Below, piece after piece: positions 41,693 to 55,560 of a stretch of DNA of 64,000 nt. How positions within the stretch are numbered: the stretch's first letter is position 1; the number at the start of each line of letters is the position of its first letter. Source of the DNA: the human T2T-CHM13v2.0 reference genome, Homo sapiens; assembly GCF_009914755.1 (NCBI RefSeq), contig NC_060930.1; one strand, written 5' to 3'. The notes beneath the pieces were generated by a model. It searched no databases, was not told the DNA's origin, and saw nothing but the letters and a program-made list of their open reading frames with translations. Both the position numbers and the translations under genes were made by a program.

Positions 41693-42862
41693 ATTTATTT
41701 ATTTGTTTATTTGTTTATTTGTTTATTTTATTTTAAGTTCTGGGATACATATGTAGAGTGTGCGGGTTTGTTGTTACATAGTTATATATGTGCCATGTTG
41801 GTTTGCTGCACCTACCAACCCATCATCTAGGTTTTAAGCCCCACATGCATTAGGTATTTGTCCTAGTTCTCTCCCTCCCCTTTCCCTCTTATCCCTGATA
41901 GGCCCAGGTGTGTGATGTTCCCCTTCCTGTGTCAATGTGTTCTCATTTTTCAACTTCCACTTGTGAGTGAGAACATGCAGTGTTTGGTTTTCTGTTCCTG
42001 TGTTAGTTTGCTGAGGATAATGTTTACCAGCTTCATCCATGTCCCTGCAAAGGACATGAACTCATTCTTTTTTATGGCTGCATAGTATTCCATGGTGTAT
42101 ATGTGCCACATTTTCTTTATCTGGTCTATCATTGATGGTCATTCAGGTTGGTTCCAAGTCTTTGCTATTGTAAATAGTGCTGCAATAAACATTTATGTGC
42201 ATGTCTCTTTATAGCAAAATGATTTAGAATTCTTTGTTTATATACCCAGTAATGGGATTCCTGGGTCAAATAGTATTTCTATTTATAGATCCTTGAGGAA
42301 TCACCACACTGTCTTCCACAATGGTTGAACTAATTTAAACTCCCACCAACGGTGTAAAAGCATTCCTATTTCTCTGCATTCTCACCAGCATCTGTTGTTT
42401 CCTGACTTTTTAATGATCGCTGTTCTAACTGGTGTGAGATGGTATCTCACTGTGGTTTTGATTTGCATTTCTCTAATGACCAGTGATGATCAGCTTTTTT
42501 TCATATGTCTGTTGGCCACATAAATGTCCTCTTTTGGCAAGTGTCTGTTCATATCCTTCACCCATTATTTGATGAGGTTGTTTGTTTTTTTCTTGTACAT
42601 TTGTTTAAGTTCCTTGTAGATTCTGGATAATAGTCCTTTGTCAGATGGATAGATTGCAAATATTTTCTCCCATTCTGTAGGTTGCCTGTTCACGCTGATG
42701 ATAGTTTCTTTTGCTGTGCAGAAGCTCTTTAGTTTAATTATATCCCATTTGTCAATTTTGGCTTTTGTTGCCATTGCTTTTGATGTTTTAGTTATGAAGT
42801 CTTTACCCATGCCTATGCCCTAAGTGGTATTGCGTAGGTTTTCTTCTAGAGTTTTTATGGTT
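41693..42862 (-). mobile_element. 5'-truncated LINE-1 (L1PA8-like)
   Basis: ORF2 C-terminal peptides ([40 protein letters not shown]). Same 3'UTR signature as 3907-5707, and a (TTTA/TTTG)n tail. Confidence 0.95.
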
Positions 42863-43969
42863 TGGATACATTTTTAATTCTCTTGGAAACGTATTGCTTT
42901 CCACTTTATTGAGACACACACACATGCACACACACACACACATGCACATGGATGGCTGAGGAACAAAATGTTACTAGCTAAAGTTGTAAGAAGAAAAGTT
43001 GTGCTAAGGAGAGAAATTCTCAATCATTTAGGATTGAGGTAATTTTTAAAAAATTCCTTTGATAAGGGATATTGAGACAGGATTGGCTTGATATGGAAAA
43101 GTTATATGTCGATCTGGTGGTTGAGGGTTGTACTTGATAAGAGGAATATAGACGTGCAGATATTGATATCCACTGTGTATGTGTGTTTGTGTTGTGTGTG
43201 TGCGTGTGTGTGTGTGTGCGTGTATGGGTATGATATCATTAAAATTAACTTGCTGTGGGTTAACAGAAAACAAAAAGGTTTTGGAAACTTTCAGACCATT
43301 GAAATGAATTGCTGTTCATTAGGTCACCTGTGGTTAAAACAATGGATGGGTGAAATCATAGTCAACCTACATTCTGGAACATTCTAGATGAATATTATAA
43401 AATACTTTGTTGAAAGCAATTGGGGTGAATTAAATTACATTTAGTTAAAATAATTGTCATGTGGGGAAATTTGAGGGGAAACCAGTTTAACATGCATTTG
43501 CATCAACACTGTTTTTTGAAGACACTGCACAGCAAGTATATATTCAGGGCTGATTGGGAAGCAGGGGGGAGGAATGAAAATGACATTTTTAACTATCCTT
43601 ATTTGTCAATGGTTTGTACATATAGCATTACAGTGCTTGGATTTTGCTGAGAATACGCTTTCATTTTAGGTATACTACCTCATCATTTCCTAAACAGTAT
43701 TTACCAAGGAGCACTTTAAAAAGCACATTATATTGAGAAAACACCAAAAGGAGACATGTTCATTGGATTAAAGCAGACTATAAAAACTACAGGGCAGATG
43801 AATCAGTTGCAGCAGAAACGGTAAAAATTTGATTCAGATATATACTTAAACATTATGTCAGAACAAAAGTGAACACATTAGAAAAGATATACTCTTATTT
43901 AAAAAATTATTAAAAGAGCACAAAAAGATTAAAAGAAACAAGTTGTTCCTAGGACAATTTCCAGATATT

Positions 43970-44063
43970 CTTTTTTTTTTTGAGACTGAGTCTCTCTCTG
44001 TCACCCAGGCTGGAGTGCAGTGGCCCGGTCTGGGCTCACTGCAAGCTCCGCCTCCCGGGCTCA
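43970..44063 (-). mobile_element. Severely truncated AluY-type right-arm fragment
   Basis: Poly(T) followed by gagactgagtctc...ctgcaagctccgcctcccggg. Confidence 0.85.
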
Positions 44064-44115
44064 TAGCATTTCTTAAACACAGATTATCATGTAATAACAA
44101 AACCATTTGCAACTT

Positions 44116-44744
44116 TGTGTTTCAGTTTACTAGGGTGCCACAACAAAATAGCACAGGCCATATAGCTTAAAAGATAGAAATTTATTTTCTCACTGTTCTG
44201 GAGACTGTAAGTCCATGATCAAGGTGTCAGCAAGTTTGCTTTCTCCTGAGGCCTCTCTTCTTGACTTGCAGGTGGCTGCTTGCCTGCCGGGTCCCTCACA
44301 TGCCCTTTCCTCTGTGTGTGCGAATCTGTAGTGTCTCTTCTTCTTTTTTTAAGTACACCAGTCATATTGGATTTGGACAAGCTTGTCCAACCCACGGCCT
44401 GCAAGCCGCATATGTGCATGCGGCCCAGGATGGCTTCGAATGTGTCCCAACACAAATTCGTAAACTTTCTTAAACCATTATGAGATTTTTTTGCAATTTT
44501 TTTTGTTTGTTTTTAGCTCATTAGCTATTGTTGCTGTTGGTGTATTTTATGTGTGGCCCAAGACAGTTCTTCCTGTGTGGCCTAGGGAAGCCAAAAGATT
44601 GGACATCCCTGGACTAGGACCTCACCCTTAGGACCTCATTTAACCTTAATTACCTTTTTACAAGCTGTGTCTCTACATACAGTCACATTGGAGATTAGGA
44701 CTTCAACATATAAGTTTTGGGGAAACACAATTCAGTTCAGAACA
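44116..44744 (-). mobile_element. MaLR LTR (MLT1B/C-like), interrupted by MER30
   Basis: Similar to 492-871 (caccagtcatattggatt; ccttaattacc; gacttcaacata...ggggaaacacaattca). Confidence 0.85.
44378..44611 (-). mobile_element. MER30 hAT DNA transposon nested in MLT1
   Basis: Terminal inverted repeats (TIRs) caagcttgtccaa / ttggacatccctg. 8-bp hAT-type TSD gatttgga / gactagga (6 of 8 match). Confidence 0.9.
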
Positions 44745-46068
44745 ATGTGCACTATTTATTTCATGTTTATAGTAATAAAATAAAAAATTTAAAAACGTAC
44801 CATCTGCACCTCTTAATATATCTCACAATTTGGGAAATGCTTTCTCTTAATATGTCTCCAATTTGGAAATAAAATGCTAGTTCTTGTTTTTTATTTTTTA
44901 CTAATGGATTATAGTTGAGTCATAAATATTTCTGTTTTTTTTTTCCTTAAAATGTGATGGCTCTAATTTCTGCCAGTATCTTTAGCCAGAAGATTTAATA
45001 AAAATAGTGTTATTGACATGTGTTTAGACAAATATTTTCTTGTGGAATTTAAACAACTTTTTAAATTTCTGAATGTAAAGTCATTTATTTATGCAAATGA
45101 ATCATCATAAATAAATAAACCAGTGAAGGAAAAATAAAATTCTCTATACATCTAAAATTTTACTTTGGTAGTAAGAACAATATTAAAATTAAAACTAAAA
45201 TAGAAAACATTAGGATTATTTTTAAAAATGCCTCCAGAGTATATCACATGTTTAGCTCATCTAAATCTCCTATACTCTTTATATTTCTAACCCTCTAATT
45301 TTTTTTTTGCCAAAAATTATAACTGAATAACCCTGGAATCTAGAATTGTCTTCTGAGGGATGATAACTGGGAAAAATTATTGTAATTGTTGGGTTGTCTT
45401 TTTTAAATCTTGGAAAAATATTAACTCTTATGCATTGCCTATGTTACATGTGTTAATTGTTGACTAAAGACACAATATTTAATTAGCCACTTACTCTTTA
45501 ATCATCCTGAACAAATAGAATTTTTACTGCTATGGAATTTGTCTTTTTTTAAAATGCCTTACTCTTTCATCCAAGCTACTTTTTTTTCTAAAATTAGATA
45601 AGCAGTTTTCTTAGAGTAATTTTTAATACTATGTCTAATTAAAGGTATAATTTAAACTAACCTGTAGAGATAATGTTCGTAGTGTCCACTTCATAAGCAT
45701 TATTTCATTAGATAAACTATTTAATCAAAGACCAAATACATTATACCATCAGGGGACTGAAATCTAGCTGAAAGAATTTGGGACGGAGTATTAGGAATTG
45801 TCAAAAGTGTAGAAGTCTAATTTTGATTTTTAAATAATACAAATATTATGCTACCCTTCCTTTTTTAGTTTTCTTCATCTATTTTCTGGACTTACGGAGG
45901 AACTTGATGCCAGAATTCAGTTCTGGTCAGAACGGACACCACCAAATTAATTACAGTGACCTCCGAACTCTTTACCCTTGACCCTGGTGGCAGAAACTGG
46001 TATGACTAGGTAAAAATAATTAAAGAGATTGTACTAAAGTTGTAACTAAATGCCTTTAAAAAAGAAAG

Positions 46069-48126
46069 AAAATATGATATTGGCTGTGGGTTTGTCATAA
46101 ATAGCTCTTATTAGTTTGAGGTACATTCCATCAATACATAGTTTATTGAGGGTTTTTAGCATAAAAGGCTCTTGAATTTTGTCAAAGCCCCTTTCTGTAT
46201 CTATTGAGATAATCATATGGTTTTTGTCGTTGGTTCTGTTTATGTGATGGATTACATTTATTGATTCGTGTATGTTGAACCAGCCTTGCATCCCAGAGAT
46301 GAAGCCAGCTTGATTGTGGTGGATAAGCTTTTTGATGTGCTGCTGGATTCGGTTTGCCAGTATTTTATTGAGGATTTTCACATCGATGTTCATCAGGGAT
46401 ATTGGTTTAAAATTCTCTTTTTTTATTGTGTCTCTGCCAGGCTTTGGTATCAGGATGATGCTGGCCTCATAAAATGAGTTAGGGAGGATTCCCTCTTTTT
46501 CTATTGATTGGAATACTTTCAGAAGGAATGGTACCAGCTCCTCTTTGTACCTCTGGTAGAATTCAGCTATGACTCCATCTGGTCCTAGACTTTCTTTGGT
46601 TGGTAGGGTATTAATTATTGCCTCAATTTCAGAACCTGTTATTGGTCTATTCAGAGATTCAGCTTCTTCCTGGTTTAGTCTTGGGAGGGTGTGTGTGTCC
46701 AGGAATTTATCAGTTTCTTCTAGATTTTCTAATTTATTTGCATAGAGGTATTTATAGTATTCTCTGATGGTAGTTTGTATTTCCGTGGGATTGGTGGTGA
46801 TATCCCCTTTATCATTTTTTATTGTGTCTATTTGATTCTTCTCTTTTCTCTCTTTTCTTCTTTATTAGTCTTGATAGCGGTCTATCTATTTTGTTGATCT
46901 TTTCAAAAAACCATCTCCTGGATTAATTGATTTTTTGTAGGTGTTTTTGTGTCTCCTTCAGTTCTGCTCTGATCTTAGTTCTTTCTTTTCTTCTGCTAGC
47001 TTTTGAATTTGTTTGTTCTTGCTTCTCTAGTTCTTTTAATTGTGATGTTAGGGTGTCGATTTTAGATCTTTCCTGCTTTCTCTTGTGGAATTTAGTGCCA
47101 TAAATTTCCCTCTACACACTGCTTTAAATGTGTCCCAGAGATTCTGGTAAGTTGTGCCTTTGTTCTCACTGGTTTCAATAGAACAAATCTATCCATCTGG
47201 CAAAGGACTAACATCCAGAATCTACAAGGAACTTAAACAAATTCACAGGAAAAAACATACAACCCCATCAAAAAATGGGAAAAGGATATGAACAGGCACT
47301 TCCCAAAAGAAGATGTTTATGCAGCCAACAGACATTTGAAAAAATGCTTATCATCACTGGTCATTATAGGAATGCAAATCTAAACGACAATGAGATACCA
47401 TGTCATGCCAGTTAGAATGACGATCATTAAAAAGTCAGAAACGACAGATGCTACTGAGGATGTGGAGAAATAGAAATGCTTTTACACTGTTGGTGGGAGT
47501 GTTAATTAGTTCAACCATTGAGGAAGACAGTGTGGTGATTCCTCAAGGATCTACAAATAGAAATACCATTTGACCCAGCAATCCCGTTATTGGCTATTTA
47601 CCCAAAGGATTATAAATCATGCTACTATAAAGACAAATGCACACAAATGTTTACTGTGGCACTATTCACAATAGCAAAGCCTTGGAACGAACCCAAATGT
47701 CCATCAATAATAGACTGGATAAAGAATATGTGGCACATATACACCATGGAATACTATGTAGCTATAAAAAAGAATGAGCTCATGTCCTTTGCAGGGACAT
47801 TGATGAAGCGGGAAACCATCATCCTCAGCAAACTAACACAGGAACAGAAAACCAAACACTGCATGTTCTCACTCATAAGTGGGAGTTGAACAGTGAGAAC
47901 ACATGGACACAGGGAGACAGGGACACAGGGACATCACATGTACACAGGGACATCACACACCAAGGCCTGTAGGGTGGGTTGGGGGCTAGGGGAGGGGTAG
48001 CATTAGGAGAAATACCTAATGTAAATGACGAGTTGATGGGTGCAACAAACCAACATGGCACATGTATACCTATGTAACAAACCTGCACATTGTGCACATG
48101 TACCACAGAGTTTAATGTATAAAAAA
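46069..48126 (+). mobile_element. LINE-1 (L1PA6/7-like) with a 5' inversion
   Basis: About 46072-47178 is antisense ORF2 ([22 protein letters not shown]...DKPTANII). About 47188-48126 is the sense ORF2 3' end, 3'UTR and poly(A). TSD aaaaaagaaag at 46058-46068 and 48127-48137, at a TT/AAAA site. Confidence 0.9.
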
Positions 48127-48684
48127 AAAAAAGAAAGTCATTTCTGACATATCGGAACACTGTATGGATGTGTTTATATCACTATGGCTTGTAGTGTTCT
48201 TTAACTGTTAGACTGAGAAGAATCCTGCCAACAAGTTCAGCAAAGATGGGGTATATAGATAAATAAATTTATATTGTAATAAACTAATGAGGTACTATTA
48301 TTCTAAAATAATGACTATACAGTTTTAAATAGAGCACTATCTTTCATCAAAGTGATGAGAAACATTCTAAAACTCCCTTTTTCCTCTGTTCAAAGAAGGA
48401 TCTAAGACAGATAAATATTTTCAATTCCTATGAGAAAATCTGACTTATAGATTAAAAAAATTTAATCTATAGCCAATTTTAGTAGTTTAAAATAATTATA
48501 CACATAAAACAGTATTTAATTTGATATTTTAATTGAATCAAACACTTGGTGAAAACATTTTTGCCCAATAGCATAGTATATGTTAGGAAGTATTGGTATA
48601 GTAGGTCATATCATATTAACTGCTTTCTAATTTCTAATAATAATTAGTCATAGTCAAGACTTACTTTGCACTTCTTAGGTATGG

Positions 48685-49130
48685 TGTAGGGAGACAAATC
48701 CCTATGGGTCTCCAAAATTTCTGCATTGCCTGTGAGTGAAGCACTGATTTTCCTTTGTTCTGACGGTCTTTTCAGGATGATTGATAGTAAATAGGCTTGA
48801 AAAATAGAGATAGTGTCTCCTCCCAGAGCAAAGCGCAGGCATATTTACTGCTCATTATGAAAGATTCGAGTTTCCTAAATTTCAGGTTGCTCTTTTGTAA
48901 TGCAACCCACTGCTGGTGCCTTTTGGCCCTATTATTGTTGTCCTGTGGGAACTGGGGCTCAGGGAACTGTCATTAAAATGCTAATTCTCTGGCCAGTGTT
49001 ATTGCTGTGGGTAATACATGGCCTCCCATCACTGACTTAAGAGTCTTGTGTCTTTTGCCAGCATCTATGTAACTGTGGCAAGCTAACTTGGAAGAAAATT
49101 AAAATTTCAGCCCCTTCACAGGTTTTGGCA
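48685..49130 (+). mobile_element. ERVL-type solo LTR (LTR47-like)
   Basis: Starts tgtagggagacaaatccctatgggtctc, contains 'tagagatagtgtctcctcccagagcaaag', TG..CA ends. Confidence 0.7.
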
Positions 49131-51345
49131 GGAGACACTAGCTTCAATACTTTGAAAAATTCTTTTTATTTAACTCCTTAATTACTCACAAATCTTAGGG
49201 GAGCAGAAAACTGCTATTTCTGTAACACAACTTTGCTGTTATAAGTCCCCTACCCCAGTTTTACCCCTAAGAAAGACAGATTAGCATATTCTGTCTTCAG
49301 TTACTTCAGGTGCAAATGTGTTCATTTATGGATTCCCTCCCTCCTTTACTTTTTCGCCCCAGTGTGACATCTAAGTTTCTAGATATTTAGCATGGGAGGG
49401 TTAGGAAGGGGCTAAGCAGCAGGAGCTGCAAAATCTGGTCCTCAGTTGTTGCATCTGTCCTTAAGGATATCCCCTGAGTATCTACAGCTCTGTTTAATTT
49501 CAGTCTCTGGTTTATGCCGTATTCCTCTGTGGCATCTGCTTGTCAGTTCCCCAAGATACTGTCAGGTCTATTGACACAAACTCTCTTACTCTCAACTTTT
49601 GTTTCCTTTTAGAGGGAACAGAAAACTTTGGCTGCTCTCCTAAGTGATTTTGTGCGGCAGGAGACAATGAGAAAGCTGCCTCGGGCTCTCTCTACACCTG
49701 ACATTTCATGCAGTGTCTTTGTTGCTACTCAAATTTTCTGGCCATAGTGACATGGAGAATTTCTAAGGCAGTGCTACCTTCACCCTTTAAGATTCTCTGT
49801 ACTTAGATGGTGGTCATATCACCTTCCACAACTTTCTGTTCATACAGGCTAACTCTTTGTGGGAGGTTGGAGGGCATTCGTAGCTCCTTCTCTAAAAATT
49901 TTGCTTTCTTTAGAATATTTATTTTTCTTTTCTAGGCATGGAAATTTTTACCAAATCTAAGATTAAAAACAGTCTAAAAAAAACCTGACTCATGTCATCA
50001 TGAATTGTTTCCAAGTTCATTATTTATGGTGAATTTGGCTTTTGGTGCACCTTGATCAAGACTTTCTGATTTTAAACCTTTTCCTTGTCATGTCCTTTCT
50101 CTGAGGCTGTGCACAAATAGAACCCTAGTCGCTCCCATGTGGCAATATAGGGGTGGAAAAGGGGTCACCAGGTGAAAGGAAATTACTAGATTTGAAAAGA
50201 AAACATTGCCTGTTATTAGTGAATCACCTTGCTATACTTATGAACGTATTAATACCATTAAAGACTCTACCTTTTACCTCTACCAGAGTGTGAGCTTTCT
50301 GTGGACAGAGAGACATCATGTAGCTTTTTATTACCTGACATATAGTAGCCACTCAATTGTTTATAAGGGAATAATAAGGATCAATAAATAATGTTCTATT
50401 GACTCATCTTATCTATTAAAATGAAGTTGCATGGTTATGATTTGTAGGTCTTCAAAATGCTAGTGAGAACAGATTCATGGAAAATAATAGTAATTCAGTT
50501 CTATAAGAAGATTGAAATCTCAGGTATTCGGTATGCTTATTATAAGTCTATTTTATAATAAAACTTCATCTTATTTTATAAAATAATATTTTCTGTTTAT
50601 GATTTTCATATCTTATAGGTTATTTGAAATATTCTGTGTAGGAGAATGAAAGACATACACTCTGAAGGCATAGAAATCAAATGTTTGATTACAATAGATT
50701 TTACATTTCTCATGCCTAGTTAATTCACAGGCTGATTAAAGAAAGAACATTTGTTTTTTTAAAGTCTTCAACATGCCATGAAATATTAAAATGGAAAAAA
50801 TTGTTTATTTTCTAAAATGTCTTTATACAACAAAAAAACCCATGGAAATAGATCTCAGAAACATTTTTCTACTAAAGGTTTGTGAGATAAAGAGTAGTCT
50901 TCCTAGATTGGACCAAACTCCTTTTTCTTTCATTTGATCATAAACTGCATCGGGAGAAATAGTTTTTGTATGCTTTGATTTTTCTGAGTGAAGAGAGAGA
51001 AGCTACTATATTACAAATTGCCACTATAGTTCAAAGCCATCAGACCAACTATATAGAACCCTTGATAAGAGCACTTGAAAGATTTTTTATAGTGATAACT
51101 GCAGAGAAGGAGGATGTAGTCCCTGGAGTGAATGTAAGGTGTTACAGTGGAGTGTTGTGGATTATTTAAAAATCCTCGTGAGAGTTACGGAATTGGTCTT
51201 AACTCTTAAATTACTTTCAGAATCCATCTTACAATGTCAGGTTTCATATATGTATTGATTAGCTTGGAAGATAATGCCACCAGCTTATTGATTATTTTTA
51301 AAAAGCCCAGGAAACTACAAATGACGTTAAAAAAAAAAGATCTTG

Positions 51346-51600
51346 ATGCATGTTCACACTTATAAGGAATAGCTAAACGTTAGGTACCCATGGACATAAA
51401 GATGGCATCAGTAGACACTGCAGACTACTTGAGTGGGGAGAAAGAGAGGTCAAGGGTTGAAAAACTAACTGTGAGGTACAATGCCCAAAAACTGGGTGAG
51501 GAGATCGATCATACCCCAAACCTCAACATCATGCAATATACCCTGTAACAAACCTGCACATGTACCCCTGAGTCTAAAATAAAAGTTGAAATTATTTTTA
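51346..51600 (+). mobile_element. LINE-1 3'UTR fragment (L1PA15/16-like)
   Basis: 'ggacataaagatggc..agacactg', 'gggttgaaaaactaact', 'gtaacaaacctgcacatgtacccc..tctaaaataaaagttgaa'. Confidence 0.85.
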
Positions 51601-53184
51601 AAAATGATATTAAAAGCTACATATTAGGTCTTTAAAACTATGGGAAGATAATATTTCCCCAATATATTTCCCATCTTCGAATGTATATGTGTTAGACTCT
51701 CTATTATGGTAATAGACGGTAGATTAAATAGGTTAAATAATTATGAATCTGAATGCATCTAACAGTATATTCTTTGATATGGCATATATCAAATATATAA
51801 ATAACAAAAATAAATAAGAACAGTAATGTGAAAAGATATAGATAAATGAAAAACTGTAATTGAAAGTTAAAAATATAACTATCAAAATCTGAAAGGTCAA
51901 GCAGACAAAAAGAAGATTTTATTAATATGATCAAATGTATACATATATATCTGTACTAGTATTCTTATTAATACAAATAACTTGATGTCCAACTTAGAAT
52001 ATATGTACATTTTTGACCCAATGTTGAATTAACCATGTTTTTGGCTACAAAAAGGTTTTAATATGAATGAGCCAGCATCTCATAGATTATGTTTTTCAGT
52101 TATAACTTAATAAAATTAAAAAATATCAACACTTGTAAATATAGGAAGAAAGAGAAAAAACAATTAAAAAGTAATTAACATTTTAGCTTTCTGTCAAGAA
52201 GCTAAGTACAACAGTACTTAGAGACAAAATTATAGTTTACATTTGCAAACAAGAATAATTAAAATAGAACTAAGCATTTAACACATGTCACTAGAAAAAC
52301 AGCAACAGAGTAAACCTAAAGAAACAGGAAATAGGAAATGAAAATAAGAGCAAAACTGAGTGGAATTGAGAGTAAAAATAACAACACCTAAATTTACGTA
52401 CTGGAAAAGAGGAAAAAAGTGTGAGGCATTTAAAGAACACACTCAACTCTATGTTAATAAATTCTTCTATATTAATGAATTCTAAATTTAAATAAAGGGG
52501 ATGCAATTTTATAGGGAAAAAGATGAAAAATGAATTTACTAATAGCCATTAAAAAGAAAATTGAAATAGTAATCAGAACTCCTCAGCAGCAAAACTTAAA
52601 CAAATAAAAAAAAAATTTCCACAAATCAAAACTACACCCCCCATACTCACGTCCACATAGTTTTACAGGTGTGCTGTACCAAATTTTAAAGAAAAAGACA
52701 GGTTGTTCTATAAAATAGAGAAAAAAAAGAGAAAGCTGGATAACTCATTTTTAGGACTGGTTAGTATAACCTTAATTGTTAGAGAGAATCATAGTTTATA
52801 AAAAAAATTATAAGCTCACTTCACTTTACATATAGATACAAAATCTTAAGTTAAATATTAGCTAAGTAAATCTAGAAGTGTGTGAAAAGACATATTGTCA
52901 TAAAGCACTATTTATCCTGCAACTATGAGAATTGTTGAATCTTCACTAGATACCTAAAATTTTCCTGTTTACGGCCTAATAAAATCACATGCTTATTTCA
53001 ATACATAGAGCAAATGGACTTAAAAAATTCAGCATCTCCTTATGATAAATCTCTTAAAAAGAAATACAAAGAAACATCCTAAATTATAGAGTATATATGA
53101 CAAAAAGCTTAGCAAAAGCTTAACATCATATTTAGCAGATAGTTTAATTTTATATAATTCCATGTAAGACCAGCAATAGCATAG

Positions 53185-53720
53185 TGTTGTAAAGCCATGG
53201 GCTCTATTAAGCATCTTGCTGAGTATGTCAAAATTGCAAAGCCTTGTTTATTCACCTGGGCTATTTTTCAGTCTTGTTTATGCAGCTGGAAATTTTGAAA
53301 AATGAAATAATGCCTTGCAGACGTAAATCACATAGTTCTGCAATGCACCTGATCTCCCTGCAGACAAAGTATAGTCTTCCCCACTGCTTGCTAAAAAAGT
53401 GGCAGCTTCACTAGACATAGGATTCCTCTCATTTGGAGCATCCTATTGTATGTGAAGCCTCCACCTGTCACTTATGACACAGTCTGAGATTTGCGGTTTG
53501 GGGAACTAGTGTAATTACACTAATACTCCAGCTACTGCTATTATTATGAATAATAAATTGCTTTGTCTCTGAACCAGGACTGTTGCGTCTTCTGTCAGCA
53601 CCCATAAAAACAGTGGCAGGCTAAGTTATTATCTTGCATTGTTTTTTTTTTGTGTGTGAAAGTTCTTTTACTTCTAGCTCTTTTCTGCCAAACTTATTTT
53701 GAGTAGGGTAAAATCTCAAT
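53185..53720 (+). mobile_element. ERVL-type LTR nested in L1M (3' end resembles the LTR at 48685)
   Basis: 'aataaattgctttgtctctga...gtcttctgtcagcaccc...gtggcaggctaa' parallels 49020-49090. Confidence 0.55.
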
Positions 53721-55024
53721 GCACAAGAATGCTATCAGCTAGGATAGTTATTATTGAACCTAATACTGAAGGTATGGGCCAAAGATTAAAAAAGAAAAAG
53801 AAACAATAGTTATAAAAATTTGAAATGATAACAAAAAATGGTTTGTATTTACAGATGAAAATTACCTTCATAAGAGATTTATTTAAATGTACAGTCAACA
53901 ATTAGAACTAGTAAAAGAATACAGAAAAAGCTATTAGATTTATAAAAAATTAAGACAGCTGCTCTAAACCAAGAATAGAAAGCAAAAAAAGTATAGAAAA
54001 CTAAAAACATTTGTGAAAGAATGAAAACTATAAAGTACACGAGAAATAACCTAATAAAATAATAAATGGAAACCACAGAAAAACTAAAATTATTTTTAAA
54101 GGAAATAAAAAACAAATACTAAAGAAAATAAATAAATAGAAAATACCCAAATGCTAAAGAAAATAAATAAAAACAAGAAAAAAATAAAGTAAATTTAAAA
54201 AGTAAGTAAATGAAGAATTAAGCTACATTTATAGATGATATAAATTAAAAATGTAAAGATAAGTTTTTCAAATTAATCTGCAAATGTAATGCCAGTCTAA
54301 TCAGCATCACAGTAGAAATTTTTGAGAAAACTGACAAGCAGATTCAAAATTAGTAAAGTAAATTGCATGTTTATGATTAGTTAAGATTAAAGAGGGAGAC
54401 ACATGCTAGCAAATATGAAGACATACTATGTAGACTGTTGAGAATAGAATAGACATATGTCCAAATGGTAACATTGTCTCAGATCATGATGACACTACTA
54501 ATTAGAGGGGGAGAGATTGCCTGTCTCATAGATGGCACGGGACAAACTGATTAATTGTATGGGTAAAAATAAAGTGTAATTTCTGCCTGAGATCATAAGC
54601 AAAAGTCAACCCCCTTAACCTTCCTGATTAAGTACCTGAATGTGAAAGGTGAAGCTATAAACAAAATAGAAGAGAATATCTTTGAGGGCAGAGGATGGGA
54701 AAAAACATTTTAAACATGACAAAAGAGCACAAATCATAAGAAAAAATAAATCTAACAATATCAAAATTATTTATTTAACAAAGATACATACACAGAACTA
54801 AAGAATGGGTAACAAAATTAATATCTAGAACATAAAATAAATTCATTGATTAAAAAAGAGACAATGGTTGTAAATTCACAGGAGATGAAACTTGAATAGT
54901 TAATAATGGCATGATAGAGATATTTAATGTTACTTATTATCCCAGAAATTCAAATGAATACGAAAAGTGGGATACCACTTTAAACTCATTGGAATGGCTA
55001 ACTGGAAAATCATGTAATTGCAAG

Positions 55025-55560
55025 CATATTAGTTAAGGCTGTTCGTTACATTATAAGGAACCGAATACCTGTCTAATATTGGTCCAAGCAACCAAGACAT
55101 AAATATCTCACACAATAATGAGTGTAGAGGTGGGGTTGCTCTAGATTCATGCAGAAATTTAGCAATGCCATTAAGGCCTTCTTTTTTTCTTTAGCTTTCT
55201 TATTTGTTTGGCTTTTCATCTTTCAGTGGTTGCTTTGTGGGGGATAAGATGGTTGTTTATGTTCTAGGCATCATATCCTGTGGCACCATTCAGAGAAAGA
55301 ATGGGATGGGGCTGTTCAAAGAGGGTCAACTTTCATGCCCATCACTTTCTGCTGGAAAATAAAGTATTTCCTGGACGAGTTCTTCTTGCATCACATTGAT
55401 CGGAAGCATGTCATGTGACCAACGCTTAGCTGCAAGGATGCTGGAAAATTGTGTATCTAACAAAGAGAAATTGGCTTAGACTAATTTGCTCCTAGAGCTG
55501 AGCTCACTGTCAATATAACAAAAATTAACAAAGACAAAGGATGGCAGGAGGACTTTGGAG
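55025..55560 (-). mobile_element. Old MaLR LTR (MLT1L/M/N-like) nested in L1M
   Basis: 'caagatgg'-like motif, 'tcacattgatcggaa..tgtcatgtgacc...tagctgcaaggatgctggaaaa'. Confidence 0.55.
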
